Virus record (IMG/VR): IMGVR_UViG_3300031730_000014
Span: 1 to 37,801 of that record
Length of the DNA stretch: 37,801 bases
From: a virus
Reading direction: 5' to 3' (one strand)
Each line of letters starts with the position of its first letter. Position 1 is the first letter of the stretch. Positions 13,544 to 22,559 of this stretch are shown here, piece by piece. A model generated the notes under the pieces. It was not told where the DNA came from. It made no database searches and saw only the letters and a program-made list of their open reading frames with translations. The translations under genes and the position numbers were made by a program.

Positions 13544-16500
13544 CTACGCGAGACCGAGGCTGCCGCCGCCGCTGTTCCGTTTGAGCTCCAGGAGCGTCTT
13601 TTGGATCGCCTTGCCGACGCTCATCGGATCGGCTGTCGGCGCTACCTGGACCGTCACCTGCACGACGGTCCCGCCGCCCGGACGTACAGCAGCTGCCCGC
13701 CCGGCTACCGGGGCGACCGTCGCGCGTCCGGCCATCCGGCCCGCCACGGTGTCCATTGCCCGGTCGACGTGCGGCAGGCCCTGCAGGACACCGACCGCCA
13801 CACCACGCGCGGTGTTGATGCCGTCGGGGATCATCGCCCTGGCCGGGCTCTTGATGCCGAGGGCCTTCCGCAGCGCCTTCTGCATCGACTTGGCCAGCTT
13901 CTCCATGGTCGCTTCCAGGGATTTCTCCTGGGAGAGCAGACCCGTGAGGAAGCCCTTGGACGCGTTCTTGCCCGAGTCGTACAACTTGTCCGCGCCGGAC
14001 TTGCCCAGGGCCGTGGTCGACGAATCGATCTGCGACTGAAGGGCGTTGATGGACTTGAAGGTGCCCTTGTCCGCGCCGACCAGGGCGGAGGCGTAGGCGT
14101 ACCCGGCCTCCGGGCCCATGTTGAGGATCTGCCTCAGCAGGCTCTTCGACAGGCCCTTCTTGGCGAGGATGTCGATGTACCGGGTGAACTGGCGGATCTG
14201 CGCCAGCTTGCCCGCGAGGCCCGCCTTGATGCTGCTGCCCGAGACCTGATCCGGCTCCAGTCCCAGACTCGACAGGGAGGCGCCCTCGCGCGCGGACCTC
14301 GTGACGTCGCCCGCGAACGCCTTCGCTGCGGCGATCCGCGCGGCGATCGCGTCGCGCTTCTTCGCCGCCGCCAGCAGCTTGTCGGTCTGCTTGTCGACGT
14401 ACCGGACCAGGCCGGACTCCTTCTTGCCGGAGAACGCCGTCTTGATGTCCTTGACCAGGTCGGCAGCCGTCGACTTGATCTTTGCCGCGCTGCCGGTAAG
14501 GCCCAGTATCAGGCCCTTGCCCATGTCCTTGGCGAGCGCCGTCGTCTTCTTTGACGGCGAGCGGATCTCCATCTCGTCACGGATCCCGGCAGTGACCGCG
14601 GACGCCATCAACCGTGCGGCCGCACCCACGCTGCCCGCGGCGCCGGCCATACCGGACACGAGGCCGGCCGCCACTGCGGCTCCCGCGCCCGCCATGCCGT
14701 ACCCGGAGCCGAGGCGGTCCTCGTTGATGGCCTCGACGAGGGACCGGTACTTCGCCGTCGACTTGGCGTTGATCATGTACTCGCCGTTCGAGGCCATGAT
14801 CGGGACGCTGTCCGAAGTGCCCGTGCCCGGGCCACGGATGGGGCCGCCACCGGGAAACCCAATAGGGCCGCCCGTGGCGTAGTTGCGGTGCGCCGGCGCG
14901 ACCGCACTCTTCGACCCCACCGTGGTGAATACCGACGTGATGTGGACCGTCTTGTCGTTGACGGACGCCAGTTGACCCTTGGCCCGTCGGACCTTCGCTT
15001 CGAGGTCGGCGATGGTCGCCTTCAGCGCGGCCTGCTTCGACGGCGGGACCGTGGCCAACTTCCGCTTGGCCTCGGCGAGCTGCGCCGTCCAGTTGTTGAT
15101 GTCCAGCTTCAGCTTGCCCGCCGACAGCTTCGGCGCCGACGAGGCCGCGAACTCGGTCGCCTTGCGCTCCGCGGCGTCGAGGCTGCTCAGGTATTTGCCC
15201 TTGAAGCTGTCGAACTCGGAGCTGGCCTTCTTCAGTTTCGGACCGATGCCGGGCATCCAGCCGAACAGCTTCGCTGCGGCGCCCACGACCACGCCGACCG
15301 AGTCCATGAACGCTTGGCTGATGAACCGGAAGGCATGGATGACGATCGGCGCGGCGTTGATCGCGGCCCCGGTGAGGTCGATCATGGCGACGCCGAAGAC
15401 GCGGGACGCCTCCAGGATGCCGATCTTGTTCTCGGCGACCCACTGATTCAGGCGCTGAAGTGGCCCGACCGCGTTGTTCACCGAGTCGCCGATCGGCAGG
15501 AAGGCACCAGCGATCCCCATCGCGGTGTCCTTGAGCGTGGGCCCGATGAGGGCTCCGACGTCGCGGATCGTCTTCATCCCGAACGTGATGTCCCGGAACA
15601 CCGGCTGCAGTTTGTCCAGGGCGCCTGCCAGGACGTCCATGGCGCCGGCCGCGATGTCTCCGCCGACCTTGAAGGTCTCGCCGAACATCGGGCCTAGGAC
15701 GCGGCCCGCTTCCCCGCCGAGACGGCCGATCCCGCCGACCACGCTGTCGACTGCGGAGAACAGACCGTCGAGCATCTTGGCGGCGCCGGGGATGCCGGTC
15801 TTCAGCCCGTCGAACATCTCGGGCAGTCCCTTGGACAGCAGGCCGCCGATGCCGTCGGAGAAGGCCTTCAGTGTCGGGCCGGAGGCCGCACCGAAGTCGA
15901 GCAGGCTCTTGGCGAACGGGCCGACCGACGACGTCATGTCGCGGATGAATCCGGTGCCCAGCTTCAGGTTGGTCTGGAGGTCGTCCTGGAAACCCGAGTC
16001 CTTCAGCAGGCGGCCGACGCCCTTGGCTGCGTCACCGAACCCCTTGCCCATCTCGGTCGCGGACCTGCCGAGGATCTTCACCACCGGCGCGGCGTCCTTC
16101 ACCGCGCGCGTGAACCCCGGGAGCATCGCCTTCTGGACGTCTCGGCCGACGCCGGCGAACTCCTTCTTCGTGCTGACGAGCGCCTTGGTGAAGTCGCGCT
16201 GTTCGGGGCCCAGTTTCTTCAGGGCCTCGGCGTATTCCTTCTTGCCCTTGCCCGCAGCCTCCATCGCGTCACCGACACCGGCGAAGCCGAGCTTGAGGGT
16301 GACCGCTGCCAGGGCGCCCCCGGCCAGCATCGGCACGAGTGCCCCGAGTGCTGGCAGCAGGGACAGGCCTGCCGCACCGGCCACGGCCATCATGCCGCCG
16401 CTGAGGCCACCGCCCGAGCTGCCCAGACTGGTGGCCGCACTTCCGCTCGCGGAACCGACGTCGCGTAGGCGCCGGGCGACGTCGGGCGCGCCATCGCCCA

Positions 16501-16873
16501 GGACGCCCTGCGCGTCGGCCGCGGAGAGGAAGCGGCCGCGCAGATCGCGCAGTCGTCCGTTGGCGTCCGTGGTGAACGCGGCCACACCGCGCTGAGCACG
16601 CGTACTGGCGTCGCTGATGTGGAGCAGGCGGCGGGCCGCCGCCGCTATGCGGCTCCCCATAGAGTCCGCGGAGTCCCCGGCCGTGGAGAACCGGGACTGC
16701 AGCGTGCGGAGCCGGGTGCCTGCGTCGTCGGCCATGGACCGGACGGCGGTCGAACTGCGCTGGCTCATGTCGGCCAGGCGGCGGTGCAGTCGTTCGCTGC
16801 TGTCGCCTGCCCGGTTGAGGACCCGGCTCAGCCGGTCGTCGCCGTCGAGGATGAACCGCATACGGTCCGACAT
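13544..16873 (-). CDS. Tape measure protein
   Basis: About 1109 aa, Ala/Gly-rich and helical, with hydrophobic GxxxG-like stretches (GGLSGGMMAVAGAAGLSLLPALGALVPMLAGGALAAV). It follows the G/GT chaperone genes. ATG at 16873 lies 6 nt after GGAGG (the track start at 16876 is a GTG one codon upstream). Confidence 0.92.
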   Translation of the reverse strand: MSDRMRFILDGDDRLSRVLNRAGDSSERLHRRLADMSQRSSTAVRSMADDAGTRLRTLQSRFSTAGDSADSMGSRIAAAARRLLHISDASTRAQRGVAAFTTDANGRLRDLRGRFLSAADAQGVLGDGAPDVARRLRDVGSASGSAATSLGSSGGGLSGGMMAVAGAAGLSLLPALGALVPMLAGGALAAVTLKLGFAGVGDAMEAAGKGKKEYAEALKKLGPEQRDFTKALVSTKKEFAGVGRDVQKAMLPGFTRAVKDAAPVVKILGRSATEMGKGFGDAAKGVGRLLKDSGFQDDLQTNLKLGTGFIRDMTSSVGPFAKSLLDFGAASGPTLKAFSDGIGGLLSKGLPEMFDGLKTGIPGAAKMLDGLFSAVDSVVGGIGRLGGEAGRVLGPMFGETFKVGGDIAAGAMDVLAGALDKLQPVFRDITFGMKTIRDVGALIGPTLKDTAMGIAGAFLPIGDSVNNAVGPLQRLNQWVAENKIGILEASRVFGVAMIDLTGAAINAAPIVIHAFRFISQAFMDSVGVVVGAAAKLFGWMPGIGPKLKKASSEFDSFKGKYLSSLDAAERKATEFAASSAPKLSAGKLKLDINNWTAQLAEAKRKLATVPPSKQAALKATIADLEAKVRRAKGQLASVNDKTVHITSVFTTVGSKSAVAPAHRNYATGGPIGFPGGGPIRGPGTGTSDSVPIMASNGEYMINAKSTAKYRSLVEAINEDRLGSGYGMAGAGAAVAAGLVSGMAGAAGSVGAAARLMASAVTAGIRDEMEIRSPSKKTTALAKDMGKGLILGLTGSAAKIKSTAADLVKDIKTAFSGKKESGLVRYVDKQTDKLLAAAKKRDAIAARIAAAKAFAGDVTRSAREGASLSSLGLEPDQVSGSSIKAGLAGKLAQIRQFTRYIDILAKKGLSKSLLRQILNMGPEAGYAYASALVGADKGTFKSINALQSQIDSSTTALGKSGADKLYDSGKNASKGFLTGLLSQEKSLEATMEKLAKSMQKALRKALGIKSPARAMIPDGINTARGVAVGVLQGLPHVDRAMDTVAGRMAGRATVAPVAGRAAAVRPGGGTVVQVTVQVAPTADPMSVGKAIQKTLLELKRNSGGGSLGLA

Positions 16874-17474
16874 CACTCACCTCCGCGGATCTGTGCCTGG
16901 TGGTTGTCGATCCAGGTGGTGAGCAGGTCGAACTCTTCCTCGGTGAGGTCGTCGACGTCGCGCGGGGTGTAGCCGAAGTGCAGCCCGAACAGCGGCAGGT
17001 AGCTCAGCCGTCGCTCGGTGAAGCTGCCTCCGTCGGCGGCGTCTCCGGGGCGGGGGCGGGGGCCGGGTCTTTTGGGGCCGTCACGTCGGCGATCGCGGCC
17101 TCAGCGTCTGCAGGGTCGTGCGCCACGTCGCGGAGCTCGTCGAACGCCTCGGCGAGATCGTCCGGGTTCTCCCGGTACTCCTCGAACATGGCCTCGGCGT
17201 AGGCCTTGACCTCGCGGGCGTCGAGCCGGGAGCGCAGCTCACCCTCGAACGGATCGAAGTCACCGAACCTGAGAGCGGGTTCGGTGCGCTTCCGAATCGC
17301 CCAGACGACGACCCGCAGGGCGTGAATGTCGCCAGACCTCACGCCCTCCTTGATGTCAGCCCATCGGGCGTCAGCGGTGCGCTCGATGATCTGGATCTCG
17401 GAGGCGCGCAGCTGGCCGCGGCCGGCGTCGAAGGACTGCGGCTCGGAGCCCTCGGGCTCGTAGACGATGATCAC
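16873..17474 (-). CDS. Tail assembly chaperone GT fusion, produced by a -1 programmed frameshift
   Basis: The -1 frame is open from the slippery site to TGA at 16873-16875. It encodes ...RRLSYLPLFGLHFGYTPRDVDDLTEEEFDLLTTWIDNHQAQIRGGE, a typical T-segment motif. The stop overlaps the tape-measure ATG. Confidence 0.7.
17004..17474 (-). CDS. Tail assembly chaperone G
   Basis: GTG start 8 nt after AGGAG; 156 aa. It sits between the tail-tube region and the tape measure and has an acidic/Pro-rich C-terminus. Confidence 0.75.
   Translation of the reverse strand: MIIVYEPEGSEPQSFDAGRGQLRASEIQIIERTADARWADIKEGVRSGDIHALRVVVWAIRKRTEPALRFGDFDPFEGELRSRLDAREVKAYAEAMFEEYRENPDDLAEAFDELRDVAHDPADAEAAIADVTAPKDPAPAPAPETPPTEAASPSDG
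17070..17076 (-). promoter_or_regulatory. Slippery heptamer C_CCA_AAA for the G/GT -1 frameshift
   Basis: In the G reading frame the codons are GCC CCA AAA GAC, which fits X_XXY_YYZ. The plus strand reads ttttggg at 17070-17076. Confidence 0.6.
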
Positions 17475-17484
17475 GGGTGTGCTC

Positions 17485-17994
17485 CTATTCGAGGCGGCGC
17501 CGCACGTCGTCGAGGACGCGGGCCACCTCTCGTTCCATACGGGGGGTGTGGTTGCGGACGGTGCGGTCCCACCACAGAGGCGTGGCGTTCTGCTGCGCCC
17601 ACCGGCGCCGGTTGCCGAATACGGGGTGGCGGATGCGGCCGGTGTTGATGGCGGCCGGCATGCCCTTCAGGTCGGTTGGCAGGCGGCTCTTGTCGATCCA
17701 CACGGTGGCGCCCGGCCGGGACCCGGTACGCACGCTGATACGGATCGCGTCGGCGATCGTCGCCCGCATGGGACGCGTCGTCGGTGACGGGCCGCCCCGC
17801 CGCCCGGCACTGCGGCCCTGGGAGCTGATGTCGAGGTTGCGGATGGTGTCTTGGAGGTCGTCGCGCAGGGGCTCGGCGGCCCGCCTGATCCTGCGCTGCA
17901 TCGAGCTGCGGATGTTCTCGCCACCGGCAGCGCGCAGGCGCCGCTGCAGCTCCAGCAGGCTGCCGGTGTTGAGGATCCGTACATCGCGCGTCAC
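17485..17994 (-). CDS. HK97 gp10-family-like head-tail/tail completion protein
   Basis: 169 aa. ...LLELQRRLRAAGGENIRSSMQRRIRRAAEPLRDDL...GRIRHPVFGNRRRWAQQ... resembles gp10-family proteins of actinobacterial prophages. The family call is from memory. Confidence 0.5.
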   Translation of the reverse strand: MTRDVRILNTGSLLELQRRLRAAGGENIRSSMQRRIRRAAEPLRDDLQDTIRNLDISSQGRSAGRRGGPSPTTRPMRATIADAIRISVRTGSRPGATVWIDKSRLPTDLKGMPAAINTGRIRHPVFGNRRRWAQQNATPLWWDRTVRNHTPRMEREVARVLDDVRRRLE

Positions 17995-18001
17995 GGCAGG
18001 C

Positions 18002-18988
18002 TCACAGCGTGACGTCGGTCGACATGTACTCGATCTTCGGCTGGTTTGTGCCGTCGTACAGGCCGGTGAAGTTGAAGCTCGGCTTCACGACACCGAACCC
18101 GTCGACGACGGGCGGACCCTCGTCGAGGCGGATCGCGGGCAGGATGATGCGGAACGTCTCGAAGTACGTCGACGCGATCAGCGGGCCGATGAACTCCCAC
18201 ACCAGACTGGTCGCCCCGTCGCTGGTGTGCAGGTCATCCAGGGTCGTGGCGACGTAGTCCGACTCCAGCGTGCCGGTGATCTTGACCTGGTCGTTCTCGA
18301 TCGGCTCCTTCTTGAGAGCCGACTGGTTGGCGTAGAAGCGCTCGACGTCCTGAGGCCGCTCGATCTTGCAGGACACCTTGCGGATCCCGTCGAGCGCCGT
18401 CTCCGTACCGAACGCGCCGGTCTTGAGCGCCATCTGGCCGAAGTGGAACGGCGACATGTTCGAGTAGCTGGCGACCGCCAACGTCTGGCCCTCGTCGCAG
18501 TCCTTGCCGTCGATCTCGAACGTACCGGTGAGCATCTCGCCCACGCCGCACGCGAACTCACCCGACGTGATCTTGCAGCCCAGAAAGGTCTTGTCGGTCA
18601 CCGTGCCGGTCGTGAGTGGCACGCCCTTCTGGATCGTCAGGCTCTTGCCCGCGACCGACGCCAGGGTGTGAGTCTGCAGGTACGCGGTCGTCGCCGCCTG
18701 CTGGACGGGCGTGACCGTCGTGCCCATCAGCGTCTGCAGGATCAGCCCCATCCCCTTGTTGGAGATCTCCATTTCGAACGACCCGGAGACTTCCTTGCGC
18801 GTGAGGACGCGCCGTGCTGACAGCGGCAGCAGACGACCGGCCGCGATGCCCGCGCTCTGGGCCGTGGTCTTCTTGAGGACCAGCGATTCCTTGGTGAACT
18901 CGATGAACTTGGACGACGCCGTGAAGGTGCCGTAAGCCGACTCGGCCGCGATGCCCATCTGGGCGCCGAGCCCGGATCCGATCGCCAT
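18002..18988 (-). CDS. Major tail (tail tube) protein
   Basis: 328 aa, beta-rich, ATG after GAAGGAGGG. It lies upstream of the chaperone/tape-measure block. Sequence MAIGSGLGAQMGIAAESAYGTFTASSKFIEFTKESL... Confidence 0.7.
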   Translation of the reverse strand: MAIGSGLGAQMGIAAESAYGTFTASSKFIEFTKESLVLKKTTAQSAGIAAGRLLPLSARRVLTRKEVSGSFEMEISNKGMGLILQTLMGTTVTPVQQAATTAYLQTHTLASVAGKSLTIQKGVPLTTGTVTDKTFLGCKITSGEFACGVGEMLTGTFEIDGKDCDEGQTLAVASYSNMSPFHFGQMALKTGAFGTETALDGIRKVSCKIERPQDVERFYANQSALKKEPIENDQVKITGTLESDYVATTLDDLHTSDGATSLVWEFIGPLIASTYFETFRIILPAIRLDEGPPVVDGFGVVKPSFNFTGLYDGTNQPKIEYMSTDVTL

Positions 18989-18991
18989 GGA

Positions 18992-19216
18992 TCAGCCCTC
19001 CTTCTGCGGCGCCGACTTGGCCGCGGTCTTCTTCAGCGGCGCCTGCGGCGCCTGCTCGTCCTTGGGCTCCTCGACGCCCTCCCACGTGCCGGACTGGCAC
19101 ACGTAGCCGTCGAAGCGCTCGTCGGGCACCTCCACGACCTCGTCGGGATGCACCTCGCGGCCGCCGAGCTCCGGCACGGTTACCGGCTCGGGCCCGATGT
19201 AGCGCACACGCGCCAT
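18992..19216 (-). CDS. Hypothetical structural-region protein (74 aa)
   Basis: ATG after GAGGAG. Sequence MARVRYIGPEPVTVPELGGREVHPDEVVEVPDERFDGYVCQSGTWEGVEEPKDEQ... Confidence 0.6.
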   Translation of the reverse strand: MARVRYIGPEPVTVPELGGREVHPDEVVEVPDERFDGYVCQSGTWEGVEEPKDEQAPQAPLKKTAAKSAPQKEG

Positions 19217-19240
19217 CGCTTACTCCTCAAGTGGGTTGGA

Positions 19241-19705
19241 TCAGATACGGGCTCGGCAGGACACCGTGAACTGGACACCCGCCAGGGCGCCTTCGCTGAT
19301 GTTCTGCAGGAGGTTGCCGGTCGTGAGCTCTGCCCACAGCACGACGCCGCCGAGGTCCGGCGCCGTCGGGTTGGAGGCCGAGGCCCGAAGCGCCGTCTCG
19401 ACCTCGCCGACCAGGTCGAAGGCGTCACCGCGGCGGAACGACATGTCCTTGTCGCCGCCCCGCGATTCGGCGTAGCAGGAAATCGAGAACACCTCGTCGC
19501 GGGTACGGGCCCCCGCAGCGTTGAACTCCTGCTGCAGCTCCACGGACTGCTCGCCGCCCGGCACCCACCCGATGTGGATCCGGCGCCGGTTGGTCAGGTT
19601 CACCGCGGTCGGGCCGTCCACGATCGCCACCTCGGCGAGCGCGGGCCGTGCCCGCAGGATCGCCAGCAGCGCGTCAACGGCGGCCGGGACTCGGGACGTC
19701 TGCAC
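19241..19705 (-). CDS. Head-tail joining / tail terminator-like protein (154 aa)
   Basis: GTG at 19705 shares 1 nt with the upstream TAG (TAGTG). Sequence VQTSRVPAAVDALLAILRARPALAEVAIVDGPTAVNLTNRRRIHIGWVPGGEQ... The upstream part of the listed 281-aa ORF is junk. The function is inferred from position only. Confidence 0.5.
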   Translation of the reverse strand: MQTSRVPAAVDALLAILRARPALAEVAIVDGPTAVNLTNRRRIHIGWVPGGEQSVELQQEFNAAGARTRDEVFSISCYAESRGGDKDMSFRRGDAFDLVGEVETALRASASNPTAPDLGGVVLWAELTTGNLLQNISEGALAGVQFTVSCRARI

Positions 19706-20259
19706 TACGCCACCCCCGGCGGGACCTTGTACGGCTCCAGCAGCTGCAGGACCCGGTTGGGGATCGCGTAGCCCCAGCCCGGTGTGGGCTCGGTGACGTT
19801 GAAGTCGTCGCCGCCGCCGACCGAGGACAGGCCGCGTGATGCCCCGTACTGGGTGCGCCACAGGTGCTGCAGCAGGATGCGGGCGGCGAGGTTGATGGTG
19901 GCCGGTACGGTGCCCCTGCCGGCCGTGTAGGTGACGCGCCACAGGGTCCCGGTGAACGAGCCGCCCCGGTAGCGGACGATGCCGGTGGCCCCGTCCAGGA
20001 CGAGGTCGGCCACGTCGAGGGCGTCGCCGGTCTCGACGGCCGGTACCACCGACACCAGGGCGACGGCCGGGATGTTCGACAGGCACAAGGAGGCGCCGCG
20101 GCCCTCGATGGTCTCGGCGAACTCGCGGGTCTCGACCGGGCCGACGTGCCGTTCGATCGCCGCGGTGAGGGCGTCGACGTACACCTGCAGCTCGGCGTCT
20201 TCACTGGTGCCGTCGATGTCGAGCTGTGCCTTCGCCTCGGCGAGGGTGAGCAGCGCCAC
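19705..20259 (-). CDS. Head-tail connector (gp6-like) protein
   Basis: GTG after GGGAGG. The N-terminal ALLTLAEAKAQLDIDGTSEDAELQVYVDALTAAIERHVG is the classic gp6-like head-tail connector motif. Confidence 0.7.
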   Translation of the reverse strand: MALLTLAEAKAQLDIDGTSEDAELQVYVDALTAAIERHVGPVETREFAETIEGRGASLCLSNIPAVALVSVVPAVETGDALDVADLVLDGATGIVRYRGGSFTGTLWRVTYTAGRGTVPATINLAARILLQHLWRTQYGASRGLSSVGGGDDFNVTEPTPGWGYAIPNRVLQLLEPYKVPPGVA

Positions 20260-20271
20260 GGGTGCCTCCCG

Positions 20272-20520
20272 CTACTTGCCGTCGAGCGTGGACTTCGTCA
20301 TGGGCTTGCGGCGGCCGGTCGCCTTCTCCGGCTCGCCCGGCGCGGTTGCGGTCTCCTCCGGGGCGTCGCCGCTCTCGTCGCCGTCGGTGTCTTCGGTGGC
20401 GAGGCCGCCCGCGATCATCTGCTTGGCCTCGTCGTCGGGCAGGTCCACGCTGTTGCCCCGGTCCGGCCAGGGCTGGCCGTCGCGAGTGCCAGAGATCGTG
20501 ACCTTCATACGAACACGCAT
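20272..20520 (-). CDS. Hypothetical head-region protein (82 aa)
   Basis: ATG at 20520 after GAGAGGAAA. Sequence MRVRMKVTISGTRDGQPWPDRGNSVDLPDDEAKQMIAGGLATEDTDGDESGD... Confidence 0.6.
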   Translation of the reverse strand: MRVRMKVTISGTRDGQPWPDRGNSVDLPDDEAKQMIAGGLATEDTDGDESGDAPEETATAPGEPEKATGRRKPMTKSTLDGK

Positions 20521-20581
20521 TGCTGTTTCCTCTCGGGCCAAAGGGCGGCCACCGGCCGGTGGCCGCCCGGATACGGACGGA

Positions 20582-21796
20582 TCAGGACGCGCCGCCGACG
20601 AAGACCTTGACCGCGCCGGTCTGGTCGATGAGCAGGCCGTCCGCGCGGATGATCGCCCGGAAGGTGACCAGGTCGGAGTTGAACGCGTAGTCGTCGGAAC
20701 GCTCGAAGCGCACCCCGCCCGCCAGGCGGACGAAGTACTGCGCGAAGTCACCGAACGCGACCGACTTCGCCGACAGTGCGGGCGCGGCCACGTTCGGGTC
20801 GGTGTGGACCGGCTTGCCCAGCAGCGTGTCCGGGGCGCCGACCTGGATGGACGGCTGCCACAGGTACTGCCCCTGCCCGTCCTTGAGCTTGCGTGCGGCG
20901 CCGAGAGTGGCGTCCCGCATCAGCCAGCCGCACGAGGTGCTGTTCCGGTACGGGGCGATGACCGAGTAGTACAGGTCGATCAGGTTGTCCGCGGTGAACG
21001 CACCCACCACGGCCGTGCCGCCGGTCACACCGGTCGAGGCGGAGGTGATGACACCGGTCGGCTTCGACGAGCCGTCACCGGTGATGGCGTGGACGCCGAA
21101 CGCGTTGCCCAGCGCCCGCCCGGCCTGCATCGCCAGGTAGCCCTCCAGGTCGACACCGGTGTCGGACAGCAGCTCGGACGACGCCTGCAGGAGAACGCCG
21201 TACTTGTACGCACCCAGAGTCCGCTTGGCGAACGCCGGGTCCGACTCCGAGATGGGTGCGGCCTCGGCGGTGAGCGCGGCGCTGGAGTGCGCCGTGGTCA
21301 CCGGGATCTCGATGCTCTCGCCGGACGCCGTGTTCAGCACGGTCGGCCCGGCCATCATGATCCCGGACACCTCGATGAGGTGCGCCATCAACTGGCCGTA
21401 GAACGTGGTCGGCACGGTGTTGCCGCCCGCCGTCGCGGTGCCCTTGACCAGGTCACGGAAAGCGACACCGTCAGGCTTGGCGATGTCGATGCCGCGCATC
21501 TCGCCGCGCGCCCAGCGCCGCAGCTCGGAGTCCTTGTCGCTCTTGCGCTCCTGCTCCTGCGGCTTGGCGAGCAGCCCGGCGAACGCAGCCTCGGCGTCCT
21601 TGGTGCGCTGCTCCGCCTCGACCAGGTCCTTGGCCCGCTGGTCCATCTTGTCGAGGTCGGCGTTGAAGGCCTGGTACTTGGCCTCCTCCTCCGCCGTCAG
21701 ATCCCGCTTCTCCTTCTCGGCCGTGTCGAGCAGCTCCTTGGCCTGCTCCCACACGTTGGCGCGGCGCTCCTGCAGCGCCTTGATGAACGAACTCAC
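20582..21796 (-). CDS. Major capsid protein, HK97 fold
   Basis: GTG after AGGAGGG. The N-terminal coiled-coil delta-like domain (RDLTAEEEAKYQAFNADLDKMDQRAKDLVEAEQR) is followed by a capsid body. The gene follows the prohead protease. Confidence 0.9.
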   Translation of the reverse strand: MSSFIKALQERRANVWEQAKELLDTAEKEKRDLTAEEEAKYQAFNADLDKMDQRAKDLVEAEQRTKDAEAAFAGLLAKPQEQERKSDKDSELRRWARGEMRGIDIAKPDGVAFRDLVKGTATAGGNTVPTTFYGQLMAHLIEVSGIMMAGPTVLNTASGESIEIPVTTAHSSAALTAEAAPISESDPAFAKRTLGAYKYGVLLQASSELLSDTGVDLEGYLAMQAGRALGNAFGVHAITGDGSSKPTGVITSASTGVTGGTAVVGAFTADNLIDLYYSVIAPYRNSTSCGWLMRDATLGAARKLKDGQGQYLWQPSIQVGAPDTLLGKPVHTDPNVAAPALSAKSVAFGDFAQYFVRLAGGVRFERSDDYAFNSDLVTFRAIIRADGLLIDQTGAVKVFVGGAS

Positions 21797-21884
21797 GTCG
21801 CCCTCCTGGGCATGACGAAGGCACCCGCAAGCCGGTGGCCGGGGCGCCAGGTGGATGGTGTGTCGAGGTGGGTTTCGCCCTGCC

Positions 21885-22559
21885 TCAGAAGGTGCGGCGA
21901 CTCATGAGCTCGGCTCGCCGCTGCCGTACCGCCATGACCGGGTGGGGGTCGCCCTGCCCAGTCGGCGGAATGATCGTGGGGGCCGGGGCCCCGAGGAACC
22001 GCTTCAGCTCGCCCGCCTCGGCCGCGGCCCGCACCTCGGCCAGCTCGGCGCCGGCCTTCTCCGCCAGAGAGCGCAGCCCCGTCGAAGTGTCCAGGTAAGC
22101 CGGATCGTTGACCGGGGCCACGTCGACCAGCTGCCCGGACAGCAGCGTCCGCACAGGGAAGCCGTCGTCCGTCATCGACCAGTCGTCCTCGAACGTGAAG
22201 AACGCGAACGACGACTCGGTGACGTCGCCGCGCTGCACCAGCTCGTACACGTCACCGCGGGCCGCGGGCACGTCGACGCTGTAGTCCAGCCCCGTACCGT
22301 CCGTCTGTAGCCGCAGCGTGCCCGCACGGGAGGTGCCCAGCAGCATGTTGTTGTCGTGGTTGTAGCGGGCCATCACACGCGGCCAGCCGTCCCCCTCGGA
22401 CTTCGCGAAGAACCCGGGGTCGATGCGCTCGACAAACCCGCCAAGGTTGCGGGACAGCGTGTTGAACTTCGCCGCGTACCCGCCGATCGTCCTGCTATCG
22501 CCGGCCGCCCGGACCTCCACGAGGCCGCGCGTGAACCGACGCTCACTGTCGCCGTTCAT
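21885..22559 (-). CDS. HK97-family prohead protease
   Basis: ATG at 22559 overlaps the portal stop. MNGDSERRFTRGLVEVRAAGDSRTIGGYAAKFNTLSRNLGGFVERIDPGFF...ARYNHDNNMLLG...GDVTESSFAF matches the S78/U35 protease pattern. The track ORF extension to 23699 is spurious. Confidence 0.88.
   Translation of the reverse strand: MNGDSERRFTRGLVEVRAAGDSRTIGGYAAKFNTLSRNLGGFVERIDPGFFAKSEGDGWPRVMARYNHDNNMLLGTSRAGTLRLQTDGTGLDYSVDVPAARGDVYELVQRGDVTESSFAFFTFEDDWSMTDDGFPVRTLLSGQLVDVAPVNDPAYLDTSTGLRSLAEKAGAELAEVRAAAEAGELKRFLGAPAPTIIPPTGQGDPHPVMAVRQRRAELMSRRTF

Noticed and set aside
13451-16595. Plus-strand ORFs antisense to the tape measure gene (13451..14554, 14888..15697, 15474..16595)
   Set aside because: Their composition is biased (Arg/Ala/Pro/Ser) and they have no RBS. 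They lie entirely inside the 1109-aa tape measure CDS, whose own frame is uninterrupted and typical in composition.
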